The position numbers and the translations under genes are program-made. From Ascidiella aspersa (taxonomy: Eukaryota), in the NCBI GenBank assembly GCA_963924565.1, contig OZ004615.1:16988001-17052000 (forward strand): a stretch of DNA of 64,000 nt, in the 5' to 3' direction. Under the pieces are notes generated by a model, which saw nothing but the letters and a program-made list of their open reading frames with translations, was not told the origin of the DNA and did not search any database. Below, piece by piece: positions 40,001-52,600 of the stretch; position 1 is the stretch's first letter, and every line of letters begins with the position of its first letter.

Positions 40001-40666
40001 GTACGGGAAACCCCCGACTTTGATGCGGGTCAGTCGCCCCCTGATGACGATATCGGTGACGTGGGGGCGAGCTCTCCGGAACAGAATGATGAAACGCAGG
40101 AGGAACAATCTCAAGAAGCGATTTTTCAGGAAGAAGATGCTGAGGAGGATGAGGATGAAAAAGCGGAAAACACAAAAGAAGATTCTAAGGAAATAACTCC
40201 TGAAGTTGGCAAAGACGACGAAGGAAATCTTCCCATAGTTGACAGTGCTCATGCCGAGAGTACTGAAGATATGATTCCTCAAGATAAAGATGACCAGGAG
40301 GATGGAAGTCCCTCGGACGAGGTCGCATCATCTTCCTCCGAAGTTGGTATCGAATTAGAAAACGGTGTGGCAGAGTCTGCCAGCGATGCAAGTTGTGGAG
40401 CAGAACAAAATAACGTCGAAACGGATGATGGAAACGATGATAATGACGTCACGAAAGAAAACGAAGAAAGTAATGACGTAGGGATGGTCAACGGCCATGT
40501 TGACGTAGAGGACGCCAGGGTCAACGGACTGGATGAAAGTCCAATGGAGAACAACAACTTTAACCCTTTAGGTTATGACAATGGTCGGATGAATAACGTC
40601 CCCTCGTGTGGTATTTCCGTTATTTCAGATGAGTCAGGAGAAAAAACAACGATATGTGCGTCATAG
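22042..40666 (+). CDS. NIBAN: Niban/FAM129 family protein (myristoylation motif, PH domain, helical bundle, acidic disordered tail), about 902 aa
   Basis: 16 phase-consistent GT-AG exons: 22042-22099, 22573-22706, 22970-23101, 23811-23925, 24045-24236, 25150-25265, 25470-25604, 27285-27417, 28562-28668, 29172-29311, 30139-30271, 31350-31463, 35400-35507, 36916-37027, 39037-39163, 39814-40666 (2709 nt). Start MGVKYS (MGxxxS). PH motifs KKWKKRYCVMQSNYAMEVY and HWVRILKDSVRHL. Niban motifs ILSDL...LLPKIKG...RTW and LLDTAIYTFESL...KVKNRVLKKLDYD. Paralog (NIBAN1/2/3) cannot be assigned. Confidence 0.93.
30652..31208 (+). repeat. about 560-bp direct repeat, copy 1 (Niban intron 11)
   Basis: Near-identical over its first ~300 nt to 34181-34738. 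An additional ~70-nt internal piece is duplicated at about 30580-30651. Confidence 0.92.
33600..33850. promoter_or_regulatory. CpG-rich promoter/enhancer-like element in Niban intron 12
   Basis: CCAAT (33609), Fox GTAAACA (33638), TGACGTAA (33716), ETS ACTTCCTG (33744), CACGTGAC (33754) and TATAAAG (33844) in a GC-rich patch. Confidence 0.4.
34181..34738 (+). repeat. about 560-bp direct repeat, copy 2 (Niban intron 12)
   Basis: Starts aaacttattttaagcaagttcgtggtcaggg and ends gatcctag.attctaatcc, as copy 1 does. Confidence 0.92.
35673..35926. mobile_element. hAT/Charlie-like MITE related to family 1, opposite orientation
   Basis: Starts CAGTAGGTTCTTAACCGGGGTGCCGCGG (reverse complement of the family-1 right end) and ends ACCACTG; perfect TSD AACTAGTG. 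A related fragment lies at about 5395-5511. Confidence 0.85.
37836..38303. mobile_element. degenerate MITE
   Basis: Ends gttcttaacct / aggttaagaac with repeated TTACCCA subterminal motifs. Confidence 0.55.
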
Positions 40667-43600
40667 AATATTAGGTCAGCGTCTTATGTACTTCGAGATT
40701 GCTACTTTATAAGACTTTTGGTTTTTGAGTTATTGAGTTTAATTTCAAGACGATCTCGTGCAAACCATGAGTATGACTATTAACTCGACTTCTGATGTGT
40801 GCGTCTGAAAAAGAATTCGTGTAAATAGCATTGTGTACTCTGCAAAAGCAAAAACACAACATATTACCTTTTATTACAAGCAAATCATTTTCCAAGCCTT
40901 TTTTTAAGTGATTAAAAACAGTTCAGTTCACATTTTTTACTCGTTGCGAATTGTTCACTGCTTTTTATGCATTTCGGAATTTTAGGTGTTCTTCGTGCGT
41001 TTGCCTAAATACGCCATGACAATGGGTAGCAACTGCGCGACTGTTTCTCGATTAGAGCGGCTACAGTCTTTCCCAAGGGTATAATTTGTCGCGGCGACGC
41101 TCTTGCGATTGACATTTTGGGAGAAACTCCGTTTCCGCACGTCGTTAGTTGCTGTTACTCTGACACCCGTTTTCAGCGTTAGTTTTTAGGCTTTATTTTT
41201 ATCAAAGAGCAAGCTGTTTAGTGGCAAATCTTTCACCATCGACACTTAACCACACTTTGACTATTCCTGTTTTTCAAAAACATGTGCATTAATCGGTGAA
41301 CTTTAAAGAATTCCCTTGTCATCATATGTAAAGTCGCAGCACGTCCATTCCGGCAAAGTCATTCCACTTCCTTCACCCTCAAAATACACCGGGAAGGTGG
41401 AAAACGTCCTTAAATGTGCAGTTCCGATTCCCCAACGTAATGCTCTTACTGTCAAGACAGCCGACCAGACTGCGGAGTCACGCGCCTTAAAAGTAGGCTT
41501 CCTCACTTCAGACTGCCGAACGTTGCTGTCACGTTTTGTTCGGTCACAATAACCCGAGGCCCACGCCACTTTCCGTTTGTGTCGGGCAAAAATAGTCGCG
41601 CGCTTCGCTTTTGCCTAATTAGCGCGCCGGATCTGGCCCGGGCCGATAGTTTGATCGGTGCAATAAAGCGATCGTTTGCCATCCGTCCGCATTCTGCGAA
41701 TGTTATAGTTTTGACTGGAAAAAAAATGCCCTGGTTGCTGCCTTATAGGCAAACCTTTCGAAAAAAATCGGTCAACTTTTCACGTGTAATGTTTAAAAAA
41801 AATGCACTCCTAATTTAAGGCGCAATAAACTTACGGTTTAAACACTTCGAAAAAGTGCAGTATTGTTGGTAAACTAAAAGCAAGGTGTTTGCGTTGATAT
41901 TTCCCAGAACAACACTGCAAGTCCACCCGTAACACACGCTGCTCTTCGATGATCGCTGTGACGTAGTCCAAACATTCCCATTAGTCTTGCTTTTCCCAGT
42001 CTCGGCATGGATTCCTAAACTCACTGATTTTCTCGTAGCAACTTGTAGAGAAGTATTTACTTGCGCTTACACTTCGGCCGTATAGTCACGTGACAACGCT
42101 CGCATACTTGACGTCATATTTTTTGCTTTCACAGATACATCAGTGTTTGTCGCAACAATGTTAGTATTTTTTCCACTTTGTAAGGTTTTAAATTCTTCCC
42201 AGTCTCTATTTGCACAATGGAATGTCTGATGAAAGTTCTACATAAAATCAATATATAGTCTGAATTAGCTTTAGAAAAAGCGTTTTTTTATTTTCCTTTT
42301 TAAAATATGAACCCATTTTATAAAGTGTTCCGTAGCTGTTTTCTGATTCAGGGTTATACGCGTGAATCGCTGGTTATTAACTTTGCTAACTTTGTACTAC
42401 AATCATTGTTACATTTTTTTGCCAATTTGACGTATCTTTTCTGACTTTTTTAACGACATTGCTGCAAAACTTTGTTAACCGACTGCTTGGTTGTTTTCAG
42501 AGGTGTTTTTAAGATGTTCCTCTCAAGAAATTAAATGACTTGCCTTAAAAAATTCAGCTGCGCTATTGGCAGGTTGTAAAAAGTCTGCCGATAGGTTTTT
42601 TTACTGTATATTCTTTTCTCGTTTGTTAAAGTTTCAATTGGATTGTAGTCCACAAGATGTTACCGGTGTTTGCCAATGTATTCCGCCCGTTGTCGTCTTA
42701 TCTTCGCATTTCTTGTTACTTCGATTCGGTGAATTGTTTGCTCTGTGGTTGCAATACACTTTTTTAACTATACAAAAACGGACTAAGCGTCCGGATTAAA
42801 TTTTTAACGCATAATTTTACGTAAAGTTATCGAAAAGTAACCACAGATATAAAATAGTTTTTACTGAGCCTTTTAAAAGTATGTCATGTATTTTATTAGA
42901 GGTTGGCCTCTTCAAAGGGTATACTTTTGTCCATTAGTCGGTTTGATTATCGCGGCTGATGAAGTGATATCAGATTTGCCAAACTTCAAAATAATATGGC
43001 CTAGTACTCAAGGCAAGAAACGGTATACTTATCTCGCACAGAGTGAAATGCGCCTAAGATTTGCCAAAATATGAACTAACCTACACTTTAAAAGTAATAG
43101 CACGTTTCTTAACTTGTCTAGGCATGTAAACCTGAACGTGACCTTACAACATTGGTTTATAGTCGGAAATCGTGCTACATGAATACCACGTAAATAGAAG
43201 TCACTTAGCTTGCAACCCGCCCACCCAGAATCGAACAAATAGCATGCTGAACGCCTCCATACACTGACAGCCTCTTCATAAAGTGAGGGGAGTAAAAGTT
43301 GGTAGCAGGACTGTCGTTTTTTGCGTGTGTGAGAGTCCGTTGTGCTTGAGTATTGCAGCTTAAGCTCTTACCTTTCTTACAACACGTCGTTTTTTTGCGG
43401 TGGTTGAGCCACTTAGCTGAATATACCAGACTCGACTGTGTCGATGTAAAGCAATTGACGAACGTCAATTTGTGTCTTTTGCTCGCTATACTGGTTTGTG
43501 TGCTTTGTTCTGTTAACCTTAAAGGCATCATGCCTTAGCCTTTCATTTATCCACGACAATCGACAATTTATCTCTACCTAAACAATTCGATCGCCATTTC

Positions 43601-45149
43601 GTAACAAGCCCTTTCTTGTCTGTAGTTTAAACATCCTAGGCAATATACCAGGGGTGACCAGCTAGTTGGAAACCAAGTGTCGATTTTCTTACTCTTAACT
43701 TTTTGTATTAACCACAGACACGCAATGCACAATGGTGCTGTTGCAGTGAGAGCGTTGTAGTGACATTTTGAAATGACTTACTTCTCAGTCAAGTCTTTCG
43801 CAAAACGACTCAGTTCAAGTAAGTTAATTTCATGCAAAATGCAAGTCAAGTCTAGTCCAAGTCATGTAATTTTCATCAAAAGTAGCCTAAATGCTAGTCT
43901 TAGAAAACCGAAACACAATAATCAAAAAATAATCCAATTTAACAGATTATTGAAACAAAGTATGTAAAATTTTGTCATTTTTCCAATTAACTCAAGTTAA
44001 GTCAATAATTCTGTACGAAAGACTTTATTCAAGTGATTTGAAAACTGACTTAAGTGCAAATATAAGTATCACCAAAGTCAGTTACTTAAGAAAATTCGCT
44101 ACTAAGTTGAAACTGCATATCACAAATACATAAATATAACATGAACCTAGCAGCCAAATAATACAACGAAAAAAGACTCAATGCACCTCGCTCGCGGGCT
44201 GCGGGTTGACCACCTTGGCACAAACGTTGTGTGTGGCAAATCAGTAAATACCATAGATGATTTTCGTCCGTTGGCGCAAACTATGCTATGACTGTTTACT
44301 ATGCGCTTGTGTTGAGATGATTATTTTAGGATTTGCCAATATCAAAATTTTCCGGGATACAATCAAACTTGGTTTAATGAACCTTAAAAGGTGAAGGGAA
44401 TACTTTATTTTTTGCGTAGCTGCTTTAGTACTGGGTAAAAATTAAAAAAAATATATGTAAATTGTAGGATTTCTCACTAAAACGCTTACGTGCTACACTT
44501 ACTTCTCCTGAATCGCTAAACCTTTTGCACCACAGGTATGGTCAATTGAAAAAAATTGAAAAGCTCAATAAAACATCTGAAATTTAAGGTACAAATACTG
44601 TTAAATAAGAGCCGCTGAGCTGTTTCTAAATTAACCAAAATTGGGTACTTCAGAAAACTTTATGCTTGCGGCGAAGTTAAATGAGAGCCTCTTTTAGGAC
44701 ATTTTAGAAAGACATTGACCTCAAATTAGTGGTTTATGAGATGAACAACATTAAGGAAATTTAATTGGTGTGTTTGAAAGACACTCTTAACAGTTTGTTT
44801 TTGCTGAAGTGTCGAAATAAGCTGTTAAAGGCGTTAAAAAAACAATTTAGGCTACTAATCTGGGTTCAGATTATTATATATCCAATATGTTTTAGTGTTA
44901 TTTACCCTCTCAGCTTTTAGATAAATTGGCGCCAACGTGTGTGAACCATTTTTTTATTATTTTGTGGCGCAAAAAGCCAAAACTGTTTTTAAAGCAGCTA
45001 GCCTAATACAAAACCCAGATTCGTAAAAAAATAGTTTTTCTTCAATGCAAGTTGGATGGATACTCACGTTAAAATTTTCTGTTGAAATACCAGGAAAATT
45101 TAGCATTGCCTGCAGTGTTACGATAGTCAGGTTGGTCCATGATTTGCAG

Positions 45150-45397
45150 CAGGGGTTCTTAAACTAAGGTCCAAGGACCCCTTGGGGTACGTACAGTGTA
45201 CTATATTTAGGGGGTCCATGAAAGCCTAATATTAGCGTATATTTAAGCAATCAATTTTTTATGAAAAAAAGTAGTCTATATTAAAAATGGAACGTTTTTG
45301 CACTGAATAAATTTAGACTTTATTTCATTTCAGATTTTTAGGACAGGAAACAGCGATTTCTGAAGTCTGTTTGTATTATGAAGTTTAAGAACGCCTG
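45150..45397. mobile_element. hAT-type MITE
   Basis: Ends CAGGGGTTCTTAAACT / AGTTTAAGAACGCCTG; flanks atttgcag/atttactg are partly matching. Confidence 0.7.
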
Positions 45398-46698
45398 ATT
45401 TACTGTAACCAGGGGAACAATATAGTTTGCATGTAGATCAAAGTAGATGGCTAATAAACCCAGGCCTAAAAACATCCAACGTTAAAACCTGCATTTAGAA
45501 TGCAAATGTAGGTAGGCTTATAAACGCTACAGTTCGAAGACCAAATCGTGCCTTTTGTCAACGAAAAAATATATCATTTGTATCGCTATGGCATGTAGGC
45601 CTACATGGAAAGTATTTTGTTTTAGATTTTATTTTCCGATACAATTTTCACAACGTTCAAAACATTTACAACTGTCGAAATATCTTTGGAAACACGATAC
45701 TATAAATTTCTTAAACTGAGTATACCTGTAAAAAGTGTGATTTAAGTCACTCATGCTGTAAAATAGTTTGTTGTAGGCGCCATTATTCAAAAAGTATTAA
45801 ACGGTTTTCCCTTGAATTAAGTTGTCTAATGGTAAATTATTATAAATTGGGAACTATTTAAAGTAGAATGCATTCTTAGAATGGAAATTAGCGATATATA
45901 TATGAAAATAATAATGAATACACAAAAAGATTCGCATTATGAGACCTCATTATGAGGAAAACGAAATCTTTGGTCGAACGTCAATATTAAATGTGTGCAA
46001 CAAGAGAACAAAACAAAATTATATTCGCCGTTTGGGTGAAAGCCCAAATATCCGTTGTAAGGAAAACGCAGAAATACGTAAAACACTCAAGCTCAAAGCA
46101 TGTAGACATGTCAGAGCAATTAAAAAAAAAAATAAAAAACGATTATCGTATCCGCAATAATACTTGTCAACAAATAAGCAGAAAAACGCGTTTGCGAAAA
46201 ATCAAACAGTAACAACAATATCGTTTAAACATATTCCGATTTAATAAAGAACCAAGCGAAATTGCACTAAACCTTGAAATGCAAATGCTACTTTTTTAAC
46301 AAGTTGATATTCCTTGGGGGCGATGGGGGGGGGGGGAGCGAAAGATGAGAAATAACATATTACTTTATAACCATAACAAATCGCTGCAGCGTTATAAAAA
46401 TCGGCTCTTTGTTTATACATAATAATGCACAATTTAATATAAGACAAATTTAGTTTAAATTCTGTCTTGTTTCACGGGCAAAATCCCACCTTTTACTGAC
46501 TTTCTTCAAGATTAGATAGAAAAATGCTTTAATATCAATGTCCGTTGTCAAAAAAATTGTTGAACAGGTAAAACGTAATTGTTACTACTGTTAGCCTCTC
46601 CAACCTCATCAAGTTCCAACTCTTTCTCGTCATTTTCACACACTCTGTATCCGCTTTAGTTTTCTTCGAGACCAAGGACCAAAAGTCTAGCATTTGAT

Positions 46699-49689
46699 TC
46701 ACGTGTTAAGTTGAGGCCGACCGTTTAGTTGGTCTCTTTGGTTACGAATCGGCCCGAATCTTGTATCCAGCGTAACTTTGTATCGAACTTGTCTTCCGTT
46801 GTCCCACGCATACAAGTAACGGTCTCTCGGGTTGTAATCGATCATGACGTTCATCCTATACGAGAAAAATAGCATACCTTTTTTATCATCCTCAAGGTTT
46901 TTGAGAAACTGCATGTGTAACTAGTTCAGTGATACTCAACCTTTTATGGCTTACGGCACCCCTCAAAAATAAAAAATAGATTTTTGACATCCCGACTGGA
47001 ATTTTCGTTGAGTATTTAACTGAGATGTCACTATAAACTGGATCAACTTAAAACATGTAGGAAAGTGTCATCTGATATAATGGTCTCTAATCGTACACGA
47101 ATAGTTACATTAAGATGCCTACCAATTGAGCAAAAATCAGATTCCTAAAATACCTATTGGCACCCTTGAGCATTGGAAATGACACACCAGGAGGCCGCGG
47201 CACCCCGGTTGAGAACCACTGAACTAGATAGTTATTACAAAGTTTTACATTTCTATTTTACGTGTAATTCGTTTGTGTATTTCTGATAACTGGGGCGTTC
47301 AGCAATTATTAGGTACAAAACCATTGTGTTGTGTTTCAGCTCTCTTCATGTTCGAGTTTTGATATGTAGTTCACAAATATCCTTTTATGAGTAACTTTCA
47401 CCACTAACTACATGTTACCTTCTGATTCTACAATTGCAGCCATTATATGCCAGATTGCAGCACATTACGAAAAAGACACGACCTTAATACATAGTGAAAC
47501 TCGCCTGTACTTGTTGTAGAACGCTATATTTGGTTCGTAGGTCTTTCCCGTGCTGAGCTCAACCGCGTGGTTAATTCTGGCAACCGGTCGTTTATGGTTG
47601 CTCACCGTGTACAGAGTTCCACAGATGATAAAAGCGTTAGCGACCGAACTTTTCTGCAATTTTTAGTAAAGTAGTCTTGAAAAGTGTTTTAAAATACTTG
47701 ATATCATGATTACTAGTCCAAACATACAGAAAAATATGGTTAACAGCAACACATAATAGCAAAACTAGTGTTTTATTGCAATGCGTTTCACTACAACAAG
47801 TTTGCATCAGTCGAGTAAGTTCATTTAAATACAGGTGATCTTATTGTAGAAGTTTTGAAATATAACGTTATGATAATTTTGCAAATAAAATAATATACGT
47901 ACAAGAATTTTCGTGTTAACAGTTTTTGTCAGTCGTAGAGTGACCGGGTCAACTTTTGAAATAGTGATGTTTCCCTTATTACGAACGGTACTGAAACATA
48001 AAATATGAATTTGTAGTTGGATTACTACACAAAAGCGTGGTTATATTCTAAAATTTTCGATGTAAATTATTGGACGCAAACTCGATGTTAAAATTGTCAT
48101 GCGTTTTATGCCTTTATAGAATTCAAGGACAGTGTGACTATTTTAAACTTGTGAGTCAAAACAACGTTTTAAGCTTGTGTTGTAGAAGCAAGATGGGTAT
48201 AAATTCATTAAACGAGTTCTAGTTTTTTCAAAAAAATATTGAACTGAATTCAGGCGGACTTTCATAACTAAATCACTGATGATCAACATGAGCATTTTCT
48301 ATTCACCTAGCTTCGTTTTCTTATCAATCTGTTAATACAAAAACGAAATTTATACCCAATTTTAGTAGCAATAAGCAATTGTGTCGGTCTATGGTTGCAT
48401 TTCAATATTTTGTCACGTGCTTTCTATATCTAATTCACTAAGAGTTGGGTCACAATATACGACTCGATTCTTCGGAACACCGCATTTTGACGTTAAAACA
48501 CATTGACAAACGCAATGTATGCTACATTTTAGCTAATTAGAAATAACAACCCTAAGCCAATTATATCGAGAATGGGTTTATAATTTAGTGCTTACCTGTA
48601 GATTACCCACATGCCGCTCTCGTCCGCCGCGAAATCAATGGCGGAATAAACTCCGGAACTGTAGGCGAACATCGGCCCGAACCCGGCGTTCTTTATCGTC
48701 TTCATACGAAGCGTTCGTCCAGTTCTCATGTTGTACCTTCGTTAAAAAAACAATAAAAATACAACAATTGAAACATTACAAGTATAACTATAATCACGAC
48801 TAAAGATGTTTAAAAAAGGTCGCCTGCGATTTATTACTAATTTTAAACGGACACGATGTTCGCATTCACACCTAAGACAAAATTCAAATTTGAATTGTTA
48901 CTGTTCTAATGTTAATCATTTAAAGTGGATCGAAACCGCTTGCAGTTCTGGTAAATATTCATACACTGTAGTTGAAAGCCCACCTGACTATCTTATTAGT
49001 TTTCTTTCGTTGTGAGTACAAACTCCCATTGTAAACAACGGCTCCGATGCTTTCCAATGGACGACGTAGCCTTCTCACCGCCTCCAATGTGTCTTGCCTG
49101 AACTTGCGCATGCTTGCAAACTGGACAACCTGGTACAGGGAAGTAACAAACTGCTTTTTAGACTAGTGACAGTTTTACTAGACGACTCAAAGTTGGTTTT
49201 TGGCCTTACGTACATATGTTCTGCAAAAAAACTAATCTGAAGATCAATTTCGAGGAATTTGTTGGTTGATTCTAGGGGAATCGAACCTAACTTGTTCTCC
49301 ACATTGCTATTGTAATACATGCAAAAGTAGATACCAGAAAAAAGTAAAGTAAACCATAATCCTTTTTCCTAATTTGGCTAGACGTCATGTTATCACAGCC
49401 AATTATTGTCGCTTTGCTTTAACATTTGTTTTAACATGTCATAACTGTATACAGTATGTATACTACACCTTGTCGGACATCAAATATCAAACGTTATTCC
49501 TCATTAAAAACATATTGTTTTGCTTTATACTTACCCGTTGCAGACGCAAATTATTGTGGCGGATCAGCCAGACTTTATCTTTCCCTGACGCCGCTAGCGG
49601 ATCTTTCATCCAGACTCCTTTGCGACGTGGTGGCGCTAAATCTTCACGAACGGTTTCTGGCCTCGATACAGAAACGATACGTCCACATT
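46699..49689 (-). CDS. Olfactomedin-domain protein (myocilin/noelin-like), complete OLF beta-propeller, N-terminus not resolved
   Basis: Six phase-consistent exons on -: 49689-49535, 49129-48984, 48736-48596, 47990-47903, 47653-47505 (GC donor), 46855-46699. Motifs: [89 protein letters not shown]. Confidence 0.95.
46927..47221. mobile_element. hAT/Charlie-like MITE (family 1)
   Basis: Ends CAGTGATACTCAACC / GGTTGAGAACCACTG, TSD AACTAGTT/AACTAGAT. Clearly homologous to 11396-11680. Confidence 0.88.
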
Positions 49690-52600
49690 CTATTAAAGAA
49701 TTTCAGATTGTTAAAGGAAAAATAAATTTTGGGTAATTTCACTGTACGGTAAAACAGGTAAGGTAATTTGTGTTTTCGCTATTCACTCCAAAGTGGTCGT
49801 CATTTGTCGACATGTCAAGATATAATATATGTTACCTTAGCTTTTGGGACAATAAAAAAAGACGTGACTATAATCACGAGAGGAAATATACTACCAGCCA
49901 ATCAGATGCCTTCTTCAAACAAACAACGTGAACTATCTGCCAAGTGTATTGCGCTAACTAAGCAAAGTATGTTACTCGGTATGTGCTAAAAATTAGGAAT
50001 TAAAAACAAAAAATTAATTTATGTTGGTAAAATTTATCAGTTGAGGTCAATGGAGGCTAACAACACGCGTTACAAATGCAAGTGATTGACAAGCAAATAA
50101 TATGTCAGACAGACAAAAAGCCAGATTAGTCTAATGCCGGAGATGAAACCTGTTAAAAGTGAAGTGACTAACTCAAAACCCTTCCAGACTGTCTCCGGAA
50201 TCTATTCGGCCGCATATAATCTCTGTTCGATTCTCACACCATTTAAAGTGCTTGCCCTGTGATAAGGCCCTGCAAGTGCCAATGAGTCACTGTGAAAATA
50301 ACGGTCGCCCTATCTCCCACGCCGCAAAAGGAAATGTGATTTCGAGAATCTTTTGGGTTAGCGTGGAATGAAAATGACGTCATACCTGTGCTAAGATCAA
50401 GTCAGTTACATAGATCGACACCTGGTACGAACTTGGTACAACTTAAAGCAGATCATAATCAAGCATCGAATTAGGTATGACAATTTGGATCATTTTTCGT
50501 CAGTAAAGAAGCTGAAAGTCTATGATTGGAAATTTCGATAAGCGTATCATTATAATCGATTTGGTTTAATGGTTGTATTACGTTCTCCTTACACCAGGTT
50601 TTTTTTTTTTCTCTTTTTATTGGGCAATCAAACCAGGTATACAAAAAATTGTGAGAAAATACCAGGTAATAGTATAGCAAATGTTGATCCTCGGATGCCG
50701 TCTTTATTTAAGGACTCGTAAACGTAAGGTTGTTTGCTTCAGGGTCATTGTCCGTACAAATAATATTATTTTGTTGAACTCCATTTTATTGTAAGATCCG
50801 TAATAACCCAAGAGTATTTTGGTTTCTTATAAAACGGACTCATGATACAATATACATGAGTTTTCCATGGCGCAACTGAAATGTTGTGCTGGCTTACAAA
50901 ATTGCAAAATTTTATTTTCAACCTTGCGGGGATGCTAAATCACCAGGTGTCATTTCTGAAATGTAACAACTACCTGAAATACGCATATTACACTTTTTCG
51001 CTAAATTTTGTGAACAGGCGTGCACAATTGCCAACCAGTAAGGCAGGCCTGCACAACATACGGCTCGCGGGCTGCACACGATGTAATACCATTTGTAGAT
51101 TTATTGATTTGATTTTAAATCAGTGCAGACTTGCTTGTGTTTGTGTAATTGTTCAATCACACATAATTGTTGTAATGATTTTTGGCAAAAGCGACAAACC
51201 GCATAGCTTAGTCAAGCGTATAGTAGTTAAATTGACTATAAGCGTATAATTGTTTACAGTAGTAAAATACCAAGTATTTCTAATTAGTATTTTAATCAAG
51301 AGTCGCATAGACTGGATTAACGTGTGAATTATTTGCCACTCCAGAGTAGGCTACGTCGAGTAATCTGTTGTGGGGCCCACGACATAGAGTTTGAAAAACA
51401 TGGTCACAAACAGGGGCGGATCTAGGGGGGGGGGTCATCAGGTCAAGGTCTCCCAAACTATATTTTTTGCCTTATTTAATCTGAAAACATTTTTTCTGTA
51501 TTTACTAAGATTTTGTCCGTTTCAAGGAAAGCTAGTCAGTCCATAGGCGCTATGCATAATATACGGCAAGTTGTGCCATGTGACTCATGAACTCCACAAA
51601 AGGCATTTTTAATATTAAATTAGACTATAAATGCTATCTTTTATTTCGAGCATTATGTAAATCTTTTTGGTGTGCCTAATGCACCACTATTTAGATCTAA
51701 TTTTTGTTCTATTTTTAAGCAAATAAAAGCAACTTTTTGATAGGAGTGTATTTTAGTTGCATATTTGCGCACGTTTTCGCTCGAGAACAAGGATGTTTTT
51801 ATTATTAAGTGTTTTTTGACGCCCTTTAGCTTTGTGACGTCATCCCTGTAAAATGTATATGCAACTTCAGTATGCGGCGGCAACACTCGAAATATTTCTT
51901 TGCGTCCCTTACTGCATTTTTTTTATGCGAGCCTGCTATAAGGAACTGGTAGCTTATTTAAATTGTAAAAAATACAAACCCAATACGTTAAAGAGATTGA
52001 CTTTTATCCAGGAGCTCTGTAACATTTTTGGAGTGCTTAATTGGTTGCAGTGAAAACACGAAAGACACCCAAACAGGGACTTAATATAGGGGTCCGCTAA
52101 TATCAGTTCAGAATGAGACCCGCCTAAAGTAGTAGTATCGGTACTCATAAAAATTATTTCTATAAATCAATTGTAACAATCTTACATTCATTTGGTAGCG
52201 GTTCGGAGTCGATATCCGAATTTTTTAAGCCATGGATTGCAATTAAACGAGACGTTTTCTTCCTTGAAATGTGAATTATCCAGAAAATACTAAAAATAAA
52301 CAGCCATAATCGAAGGAAACTAACTGGCTTATTAATCTAAAAACGTATCCTTTGAACGTACGAAGTGTATTGACTCTGATTATATTACAATATTAGTGAC
52401 GCCATCTGATTTCGGACGGTAATTATCCCCAAAATCCAGAAAGAAGTCCAGAAGAAGTTTGTTTCGCCACTTAGCGCGGTTGCTTGATTGCCTCTCGTCC
52501 CAACCGAGAGCTGACAAGCTGAAGTAGCCGAAGTGACACTCCAACTGACAAAGTGCCTCATGATTCAAGTCGAGTGGCGCAAACTTGCCCATTAACCTTC

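Noticed and set aside
40646-40666. CaaX prenylation motif at the Niban C-terminus (TTICAS*)
   Set aside because: The Cys is third from the end, not fourth. The Cys in Crumbs tail B (CERLI) is fifth from the end and also does not fit.
49836-49936. Hydrophobic segment on - (SIFPLVIIVTSFFIVPKAK) as an olfactomedin signal-peptide exon
   Set aside because: No in-frame ATG, an upstream stop, and a phase-0 donor incompatible with the phase-1 acceptor at 49689.
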